The position numbers and the translations under genes are program-made. The notes under the pieces are model-generated. The model had not been told where the DNA came from. It worked only from the letters and a program-made list of their open reading frames with translations, and did no database searches. Shown piece after piece: positions 26,994 to 34,863 of a stretch of DNA of 64,000 nucleotides (position 1 is the first letter of the stretch; the number at the start of each line of letters is the position of its first letter). Where the stretch lies: positions 124,001-188,000 of IMG/VR virus record IMGVR_UViG_3300036770_007495; one strand, given 5' to 3'.

Positions 26994-27437
26994 ATGGAAC
27001 GTCCATGGATCCCCATCGTAATTGCATTGGTTGTTAGCACCATTGGCGGCTTTGTTTTGCAAAACATTTTAGGTTTTTGGCCTGGTTTTGGAGCTGTTAC
27101 ATTGCTGCAAATCATCATTGGAAGTGCAACCAACCAAATGGCAAGAGTCAAGACTTCTCTTGAAATGGAGAATCAGCTCACACAGCGCATCAAAGATGCA
27201 GCCAAGCAGACTCTGAAGCTCAAATGTCCTTGCACCAACATGGTTGAGCAAATTGTACCAATTCGATTGGATGAACCCAATTTTTACAAATGCCTCAATT
27301 GCGAAAAGAACATCAGTGTCAATTTGCAAGCATCCACTGCTCTCATGACTGACATCATCAACATTGATGCAACTCACAGTCAAGTGGTAAAAACCATGGA
27401 AGAAGTTTCAAAAGAAGAAAAGTATGATGACCAGTGA
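26994..27437 (+). CDS. Membrane protein with two N-terminal TM segments and a CxC...CxxC motif
   Basis: Hydrophobic residues ~5-42; CPC...CLNC. Confidence 0.7.
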   Translation: MERPWIPIVIALVVSTIGGFVLQNILGFWPGFGAVTLLQIIIGSATNQMARVKTSLEMENQLTQRIKDAAKQTLKLKCPCTNMVEQIVPIRLDEPNFYKCLNCEKNISVNLQASTALMTDIINIDATHSQVVKTMEEVSKEEKYDDQ

Positions 27438-27822
27438 ACGATTCATTGAAAGCTTGCCTGAAGTAGCTGCATCAATTACACAACCACTCAAGCCTGAAGT
27501 ACCAGATGTTGAGCAAGTTGTAAAGCTATTTGATCAAATTGTCGCAGATGTTGCAAAAGCAGGAGACTATGTTGCAATCATGAACATTTACAATGCTGCG
27601 CAACTGTATGGTAAAAATGGTTCCTTGGAACACTTCATTCAAGCTCTCACAGAAATGTTCAAGAAGAGCGCCAAACAAGAGCATTTGCACACCATTGATT
27701 TGCTTTGCAAAAACATCAAGAACACCACTACATGCATCAATGCATTTTCTGATTACAAAAAAGAGATGCTCATGGTTGCATTTTTAGGATTTACAGGATC
27801 CATTTTGACACAAAACAGTTGA
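27424..27822 (+). CDS. Hypothetical protein
   Basis: 132-aa ORF overlapping the previous gene. Confidence 0.65.
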   Translation: MMTSERFIESLPEVAASITQPLKPEVPDVEQVVKLFDQIVADVAKAGDYVAIMNIYNAAQLYGKNGSLEHFIQALTEMFKKSAKQEHLHTIDLLCKNIKNTTTCINAFSDYKKEMLMVAFLGFTGSILTQNS

Positions 27823-27852
27823 TCAAAATTGGAAACGCATTTACATTGTGGA

Positions 27853-28119
27853 ATGAATACCACTGATATCCAAAATGCTCCCTCCAAGACAATGTCTCTT
27901 GATGAAATCGTTCGCTGGAACTGTTTGATTGAAGCCATCAAAGTTGCAGACATTCAAATGAAACATCTAGGCATTGATCCAGAAAAGTACGATTGGGTCA
28001 AGCCTGTTGCCATTGAAAAATACATTGATGAGCGATTTCATTCCATGAAACACGACATTGTGTATGAGATCAAAAATGGTGTGGAGGTGGAAAAAGAAGA
28101 AGATCTGTTTTTCAAATGA
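27853..28119 (+). CDS. Hypothetical protein
   Basis: ATG 27853 lies 5 nt after TTGATC-N17-TACATT (27819-27847). Confidence 0.7.
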   Translation: MNTTDIQNAPSKTMSLDEIVRWNCLIEAIKVADIQMKHLGIDPEKYDWVKPVAIEKYIDERFHSMKHDIVYEIKNGVEVEKEEDLFFK

Positions 28120-29093
28120 TATACGTTGTAAGCTCAACAAACAAAACAGGAATTAGCATGTCGGCGCAGGGTTACCTGCGCCCTCTGCGTGTTGCCGGCA
28201 TTGATCATGAGTTTGTTGATTACAGAGATTTTTTGAAAGATGTTGCTGCTTATCAAAACAAGAAGTGTTTGATTGTGCCAGTTCCATCTGCATGGAGATT
28301 CACCTTAAAAGATCAAGTGCCTTTCATCAATGCATTTGTTTGTGAGTCCAACGTAATACCAGAATCTGATGCAAAGAAATTGAGATACATTGAACAAATC
28401 TGGACACCCAGCAGATTTTGTCAAAAGGTGCTTTTCAACAATCATTTTGCAAGCAAGTATGTTCCATACAGCATGGAAATGCCTTTGAGAGAATGCACCA
28501 AAAATCAAAAGGTGTATACATTTCTTTGTTCCTTTGACGGCAAGTTTACCATTCATCGCAAAGGTATTATTCATGCCATCACTGCATTCAAAAGAGCATT
28601 TGAAGATATTGAGAATGTTGCAATGGTGATCAAAACATTTGACCTCAAGCCAGCAAGTGAAAAGCTTTTGAATGAATGCATCAATGGTGACAAAAGAATA
28701 ACAATCAAAACCAATTTTGTCGAGACAGTTGATGAAATCTATGATGATGTAGACTGCTATGTTTCATTGCATGCATCAGAAGGTTTTGGACGACACATTG
28801 CAGAAGCAATGCTTCGCAAAATAACTGTCATTTGCACCAACTATGGAGGCAATACTGATTTTTGCACACCTGAAACAGCCAAACTTGTAGACGGTGAATT
28901 TATTAACCACAAACATGATGCACAATATCATTGGAATGGGCTCTGGATTTATCCCAACATTCTTCACGCACAATTGCACATGCGCCGATTGTATGAAGGA
29001 TGGGTGCATACAGATGTTGAAAAAGCTTATAAACAAGTTAAATCTATGTATAGTGATGAAGCTGTAGCAAACATCATTAAGAAAATTTTATGA
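28116..29093 (+). CDS. GT4-family glycosyltransferase
   Basis: IWTPS.F, RKG, DCYVSLHASEGFG..IAEAM...VI.TNYGGN. Confidence 0.9.
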   Translation: MIYVVSSTNKTGISMSAQGYLRPLRVAGIDHEFVDYRDFLKDVAAYQNKKCLIVPVPSAWRFTLKDQVPFINAFVCESNVIPESDAKKLRYIEQIWTPSRFCQKVLFNNHFASKYVPYSMEMPLRECTKNQKVYTFLCSFDGKFTIHRKGIIHAITAFKRAFEDIENVAMVIKTFDLKPASEKLLNECINGDKRITIKTNFVETVDEIYDDVDCYVSLHASEGFGRHIAEAMLRKITVICTNYGGNTDFCTPETAKLVDGEFINHKHDAQYHWNGLWIYPNILHAQLHMRRLYEGWVHTDVEKAYKQVKSMYSDEAVANIIKKIL

Positions 29094-29827
29094 ATATACT
29101 ATTTTTTCATATTCCTAAAACAGCAGGAACTTTTTTTGCTAATCAACTAAAACACACACTCAAGCTTAATCTGTATAGATATTTTACACAGAGCAAAATA
29201 CTCGAAGCATTGAACTGTAATACAATGCCTGAAAACTCTCTAGAGGCTCTCAAGAATGTAAGATGCATCAAGACCTCACAATATGAACCTTGTATAAATG
29301 CAGATACTATTTTTGATAATGATGATATAGCTTTATATGCACATGAATTTGATGAATCAATACAAAAATTTTTTAATTCAGATAAATGGATAAAGACAAC
29401 CATTGTGCGTGATCCTACAGAGAGATTATTTTCTGCATACGCGCAGCGCCAGCGCAATAATGATTTAAATGAGTTTGCGCATTGTGTAGACTTATATCAG
29501 TTTTATTTTGTCTATCATTCACTTACACGTGATGAGCATAAGATGGAATTAAATGATGATACTGCCCCCATTATTCTAGAGCAGTCAATTAAAATTATGA
29601 AAGATAAATTTAATACTATCTTTCATCAAACTCATTTAACTCAGCAATTTACAAGAGTTTTCTCACATGTAAATAGTTTAAATGTAATAAGTGAAAGAAG
29701 TTGCAATATTACAGACGATCATGAGATACTAACAATAGATTATTCAACAGCAAAAAAACTCTGCAAATTTATTAACTATGATTATGAGTTTGTAAGAATT
29801 TTTAATGAAAGTCTACTTTACGCATGA
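29090..29827 (+). CDS. Sulfotransferase (family 2-like)
   Basis: FFHIPKTAGT (5'-PSB) and RDP.ERL.SAY (3'-PB) motifs. Confidence 0.85.
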   Translation: MNILFFHIPKTAGTFFANQLKHTLKLNLYRYFTQSKILEALNCNTMPENSLEALKNVRCIKTSQYEPCINADTIFDNDDIALYAHEFDESIQKFFNSDKWIKTTIVRDPTERLFSAYAQRQRNNDLNEFAHCVDLYQFYFVYHSLTRDEHKMELNDDTAPIILEQSIKIMKDKFNTIFHQTHLTQQFTRVFSHVNSLNVISERSCNITDDHEILTIDYSTAKKLCKFINYDYEFVRIFNESLLYA

Positions 29828-31089
29828 AAAAACAATTAGTAGTTGCAAGATACAAAGAGAATTTAGATTGGGTTAAAGACATTGCGTGTGTAGACAATAT
29901 AGTAATTTACAACAAAGGTGATGAAATTGTTGATTGTGATTTAAAAAGACACACAATAATACAATTATCAAATGTTGGCAGAGAAGCTCATACATATCTA
30001 TTTCATATTATAGAAAATTATTATAATTTAGAAGACATAATAATTTTTTCACAGGGTGATCCTTTCCCACACATACATACTCATAAAATAAACAAAGGAA
30101 CAACACTCAACGAGCACCTGTCAGCTGTTAATTTTAACACACTTGACTGCAATTCGTTGTTTGGTAAAGATTATGATGAGAGTGTAGGTCTTTTTGCAAA
30201 AAGTCTCTTTGAATACTGTTTCAAAAATGAGCTACCACCCGCGGTAAATTTTTCACCAGGTGCACAATATATAGTACCAAAATCTTGCATACTCACTAAA
30301 TCTCTTAATTTTTACAAAGACTTATATGAGAGTTTATGCATACATAGAACTGGTGTAAAAGACGGAATTTGCAATGCATGGACTGTAGAAAGAATATGGA
30401 CGTACATTTTCAATAATAAATACAAAGAAAGAGATGTATTTGCAAACTCCTCAGTAGCTACAATGTATAGTACAAAATACAATATTGAACACCTGACTCA
30501 AAAAGAAGATCAAGCAGTTATTGGTCCGCTGCAGGATGATGAAGCGCTTCTGTTGTATGCTATGATACGAGTTACAAGAATAAAGAATATCATTGAAGTC
30601 GGATTTGGACAAGGTCACTCAGCTCGCAATTTCTTAAAGGCTGTTGGCTTAGACGGAAAAGTCGTAAGTATAGACAGTAGTACAGCTCATCAACTTTCAC
30701 CCAATCATACGCCAATTTTGCAGAATGCAGAAAACATTAAAGCATCAGATATCCCATTTACAAAAGCAGATTTAGTTTTTTATGATTGTCATCACTACGA
30801 TGCACAAATGTCGCTGCATAAAAAATTGCTTGAGAGTAATATTATTACAGATGATACTATTTTGGCGTTGCATGATACAGGTCTTCATCCATACAAGGTA
30901 GTAAATTGGTCATATGAAATAGATGGTGGATGGGTACATCAAGCTGTAGAGAGAAGAATGGTTAACACTCTCAAGAGTCAGGGGTGGGATGCAATGTGCT
31001 TGGATACAAAAAAAGAAGATTATGATTGTGGGCTACTTTATAGACATGGTATTACAATTATGAAAAAATTTAAGCAGCTTATCACATGA
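29824..31089 (+). CDS. DUF3431-like domain fused to class I SAM methyltransferase (Methyltransf_24-like)
   Basis: N-terminal VVARYKE.LDW, NVGREAHTYL.HI..NY, F.QG.PF.H, GAQY.V; C-terminal IIEVG..G.S, D..H.Y, LHDT. Confidence 0.85.
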   Translation: MKKQLVVARYKENLDWVKDIACVDNIVIYNKGDEIVDCDLKRHTIIQLSNVGREAHTYLFHIIENYYNLEDIIIFSQGDPFPHIHTHKINKGTTLNEHLSAVNFNTLDCNSLFGKDYDESVGLFAKSLFEYCFKNELPPAVNFSPGAQYIVPKSCILTKSLNFYKDLYESLCIHRTGVKDGICNAWTVERIWTYIFNNKYKERDVFANSSVATMYSTKYNIEHLTQKEDQAVIGPLQDDEALLLYAMIRVTRIKNIIEVGFGQGHSARNFLKAVGLDGKVVSIDSSTAHQLSPNHTPILQNAENIKASDIPFTKADLVFYDCHHYDAQMSLHKKLLESNIITDDTILALHDTGLHPYKVVNWSYEIDGGWVHQAVERRMVNTLKSQGWDAMCLDTKKEDYDCGLLYRHGITIMKKFKQLIT

Positions 31090-32072
31090 AGATTGTAATA
31101 GTAGGTGCAGGATTGTCTGGTGCTGTAGCAGGTCGGCTACTAGTAGAAAAAGGACATTCTGTGACTATTTTTGAAACACGGAGCCACATAGCAGGTAATT
31201 GCTACGACTCAAATGTATGTGGCACAATGGTACACAACTACGGACCGCACATCTTTCACACAGATGATGAAGAGGTCTTTGCATTTTTATCTCAATTTAC
31301 TGAATGGGTGCCTTTTGAGTATAAGCCAAAAGGTATAACACGGCTTGGTGTTATTTCTTTACCATACAGCAAAAAAACACAGAATGAACTCAAAAGAGAA
31401 CTTTCACAGGAAGAAATTATTGATGTAATATTCAAAGACTATTCAGAAAAACAATGGGGCACATCATTTGATCAAATTCCTAAATCTATTACTAATAGAA
31501 TTCCCAAGACAAAGGATTGTGAAGATCCAACATGGTATGAAGGACAAAAATACCAATGTATCCCTAAAGATGGGTATACAAAAATGTTTGAAAAAATGCT
31601 GCAGGGAATTGATGTAAAACTAAATTGTTCCAGTAATGATTGGAGAGAGGAGTTTGCGGACCTTGTAATTTTTACAGGCAAAATAGATGAGTATTTTGAT
31701 TACTGTTTCGGACATCTTCCATATCGATCTCTTTGGTTTAAACACATCACATCTGAAAATAAATTTGATGTTGTTGCCTACAACCAGAATACAAAAATGG
31801 TTGATTTTACTAGAACGTATGATCATAGTTTTTTTACACCCAATCACAAAGGCACCACTATAATTACAGAAGAATATCCAGAGCCATACAATGGCAAAAA
31901 TACTCCTTTTTACCCAATTCCATGGGGTGAGGGATTACAGATGTATGCAAAATATAAAGAACTTGCTGATAAAGAGCAAAACACTATTTTTATAGGTAGA
32001 CTCGCAACATATACTTATCTCGATATGTGGATGGCAGTCAAGCAAGCATTTTTAAAGCTCAAAAACATATAG
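31086..32072 (+). CDS. glf: UDP-galactopyranose mutase
   Basis: GAGLSG, GNCYD, HNYGPHIFHT, YQ.IP.DGYT, LPYRSL, PFYP, GRLATY.Y.DM. Confidence 0.95.
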   Translation: MKIVIVGAGLSGAVAGRLLVEKGHSVTIFETRSHIAGNCYDSNVCGTMVHNYGPHIFHTDDEEVFAFLSQFTEWVPFEYKPKGITRLGVISLPYSKKTQNELKRELSQEEIIDVIFKDYSEKQWGTSFDQIPKSITNRIPKTKDCEDPTWYEGQKYQCIPKDGYTKMFEKMLQGIDVKLNCSSNDWREEFADLVIFTGKIDEYFDYCFGHLPYRSLWFKHITSENKFDVVAYNQNTKMVDFTRTYDHSFFTPNHKGTTIITEEYPEPYNGKNTPFYPIPWGEGLQMYAKYKELADKEQNTIFIGRLATYTYLDMWMAVKQAFLKLKNI

Positions 32073-32101
32073 AAAAATCAAAATTTATGCATATGATATC
32101 A

Positions 32102-33121
32102 CTAAAAATGAAAGTTAATTGACGCAAAAGAATCTTTTACTATTTTCCAAACATGATCCTGATATGTATTATCAGGCAGTAGTTCAAAATATTCCTGATA
32201 TGTTTCATATGATTTCTGTGCCCGTATTATAGACTCATCTACCTTTTTAATTGAATCTGTAAGTACTAGCTCAAAGTTTGACAGATCGTTTTTTAAAAAA
32301 TAAAAGCTATTATTAAACATATTTTGAAATAACCATTCACCGGAGTCACTTGATAATTCAAAAGAAATTATTGTATTCCTACACACTAAAGAGTGCAAAT
32401 GACGATACCCCCATGCAGTATTGCCAGGCAAACACAAAGAAATTTGATATTTTTTGAGTTCTGAATAATACTCAGCTAATGATAAAAGCTTATCTTTAGC
32501 TCCTACAACTGACAAGTAATAATCTTTACCTCTCAATCTTTCAGGCAATACTCTATCATCAGGATGCAGCCAGCCATAAAAATTATCCTTTAGAAATGAA
32601 TTATTTAATATCTTATTAAATGCTTCAATTCTCCAATTCTTGTTGTTAAAAAAATCACTACCAGTTATCTTTCCAACAAAGAAAATTTTATTTTCCCTTG
32701 CGAGATCATTAGAGTGCGGTGTGAAGTCAATCGTAAATCTAGGTATTAAGATAGTTTTTTTGGATATGCCTCTGCTATGTGGGCTGCTTTCTTCAAACTT
32801 GTTGAGAACAATTACACCATTAATTCTTTCAATTAAGTCGCTATTCAATTTAGCAGTGAGGGTAGGACATGAGTCACCTACATTCAGAAGAAATACCCCG
32901 CCTTTAAATTTCAATATTTGTGGAAGCAAAGAGTTAAATCTATCTATATTATCTTGTGCGTAATTTGAAGTATAGACATAGTCAATTATCCATATATCTG
33001 ATTGTGGAATTTTTGCTATGTCTATGTGTTCTACAATTTCATGCTTATCTCTTTTTAATGTATTTAAAAAATGCTTATAGCGTAATTGTAGTGTATTTGA
33101 AGAAGTAACAGCTATGCGCAT
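32102..33121 (-). CDS. Glycosyltransferase, GT90/CAP10- or GT47-like
   Basis: FFVG..TG...R and Y...LKKY.I.L.LPGN.AW.YR...SL; TAAATA 5 nt before ATG 33121. Confidence 0.6.
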   Translation of the reverse strand: MRIAVTSSNTLQLRYKHFLNTLKRDKHEIVEHIDIAKIPQSDIWIIDYVYTSNYAQDNIDRFNSLLPQILKFKGGVFLLNVGDSCPTLTAKLNSDLIERINGVIVLNKFEESSPHSRGISKKTILIPRFTIDFTPHSNDLARENKIFFVGKITGSDFFNNKNWRIEAFNKILNNSFLKDNFYGWLHPDDRVLPERLRGKDYYLSVVGAKDKLLSLAEYYSELKKYQISLCLPGNTAWGYRHLHSLVCRNTIISFELSSDSGEWLFQNMFNNSFYFLKNDLSNFELVLTDSIKKVDESIIRAQKSYETYQEYFELLPDNTYQDHVWKIVKDSFASINFHF

Positions 33122-33129
33122 ACTGCTAT

Positions 33130-34860
33130 TTACGCACCATAGCACTTGATGGCAAACTGCCATTCTGCATCATCAAATGGTGTCTCAACAACAATTTTGA
33201 GGCTGCTTGGTGTTGCATTGCCCTTGGTCATTGCAAGAGTACCAGTCAGTGCAGTTGTTGTAATTGCCGCATAACCCAAAGCTGTCAATGCAGCATTGTA
33301 TGTCTGACTGCCAATGAAGCAAGAGCTGCTGATGTTGGGTCCCCAAATGACGCTAAAGCGTGCAGGAGCCGCAGATGCAGCGCTGTATGTAACACTATAT
33401 GGTCCAGTCTGTGAACCAGCATCAAATGCAAAGTTGTATGTGCCTCTTGCACCAGCACCACGTACAGGAGTATCGCAATATACAAATGGCAATGCAGGGC
33501 AGCTTGGGAAGTAATCGTACTTGACAACAGGTGACTCTGTGATGTAATCAGAATATTTTGTATTCTCATCTGTAACAGAGCTTCCAATGTTCATCCATGC
33601 TGCATCTGCATAATCATTGAGCATTTGATTAACTGTGAATGCACCATATGTGTTGTTAGCAAAATCAGCTGTATCTGTTATGAAATACACATACTTTTTG
33701 TACGTGGTATTATAATCACGCAAGATGGTTGCAGCAAGATACAATGCATCAATGCCGTTTTCTGGTGCTTCTGCACCACCTGCATCACAATAGAAAGCAT
33801 TGCCACCTTTTGCGGCTTCAAGCAAAAATTGCTGTGCATCACTCACTGAATCATTAAATGTAATGACTTGCGGACAAACAATATTTCCAAAAGAGATGAT
33901 GGAAACTTTCTTGACAGCATTGGTGTGTTCTGCAAGCACTTGCAATGCAAATTGTGCGCTTCGTGTTCCCATGCTTGCGGTTTGATCCAAAACAAACACC
34001 AACACAAATGGATCCAAGCAAAGATTTGGGCATGCAACTGCTTCAGGAACTGGTGGCTCAATTGCAGCATATGCACCACCAAGCATGGTTGTTGGCAATG
34101 GCTTCAGCGGAATGGATTGTGGTGATTCAATGGAGAGGTTTTGAATCACTGGAAACTGATAAACAAAAGGAGCAGCAGGAACAGATACAACTGGTACTGC
34201 ATCAAATCCTTCAACATGAAAGTTTTTGATGGCAAATTTTGCTGCTGGTGCATTGCCGCACAATGGTGCAGCATATGAAACACCCACTTTGTAAAAAGAT
34301 GATGTTGCAACATTAAGTGATACTGGATAATCAAGCAGCACTTTGTATGCATCACCATCAAAGCGCGCTATTTCTATGAACGAGCCTGCACTATGAAGAC
34401 GAAACCTAAGAGTCTCATATGCAAGTGCAGAGCTCATGAGAGCATAGGAGGAATCCAGTGCAGACAATGCAATGGTGGTAAGATATACAAAGGTGGATCC
34501 TGTTCTGATGGTTAGTGAAGCAACATTGTTGGCTGCAACACCTGTATCCTTGCCATTACCTGATGCTGCAAACAACCCATGTGTATCAAATCCAATGCCC
34601 AAGACACCACCACTCAATCCAGAGATGGAAGCAAATGCATTGTATCCAGAACTTGGCGCATATCCAAGTGATGCGCCAATTCCGCCTCCTGTTAGTGTCG
34701 CAACAGCTGCATCATACAAGAACGTGCAAAAGCCGCCTTGTGCATTGTTGGCACCGCACAAAGCATACTGCAATGACCAAACAATGTCTTGATATGCATT
34801 GAAAGGTTCATCATGAGCAATGCTTGCTGCAAAAGCAGAGTTGGATATTTGTGTTGGCAT
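33130..34860 (-). CDS. Virion protein with legume-lectin/ConA-like and vWA domains
   Basis: GGFC.FL...LGY...LGIGFDT (L-lectin-like); FVLDQTASM...GG..PEN..DAL...FITD (vWA MIDAS). Confidence 0.75.
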   Translation of the reverse strand: MPTQISNSAFAASIAHDEPFNAYQDIVWSLQYALCGANNAQGGFCTFLYDAAVATLTGGGIGASLGYAPSSGYNAFASISGLSGGVLGIGFDTHGLFAASGNGKDTGVAANNVASLTIRTGSTFVYLTTIALSALDSSYALMSSALAYETLRFRLHSAGSFIEIARFDGDAYKVLLDYPVSLNVATSSFYKVGVSYAAPLCGNAPAAKFAIKNFHVEGFDAVPVVSVPAAPFVYQFPVIQNLSIESPQSIPLKPLPTTMLGGAYAAIEPPVPEAVACPNLCLDPFVLVFVLDQTASMGTRSAQFALQVLAEHTNAVKKVSIISFGNIVCPQVITFNDSVSDAQQFLLEAAKGGNAFYCDAGGAEAPENGIDALYLAATILRDYNTTYKKYVYFITDTADFANNTYGAFTVNQMLNDYADAAWMNIGSSVTDENTKYSDYITESPVVKYDYFPSCPALPFVYCDTPVRGAGARGTYNFAFDAGSQTGPYSVTYSAASAAPARFSVIWGPNISSSCFIGSQTYNAALTALGYAAITTTALTGTLAMTKGNATPSSLKIVVETPFDDAEWQFAIKCYGA

Positions 34861-34863
34861 TGA

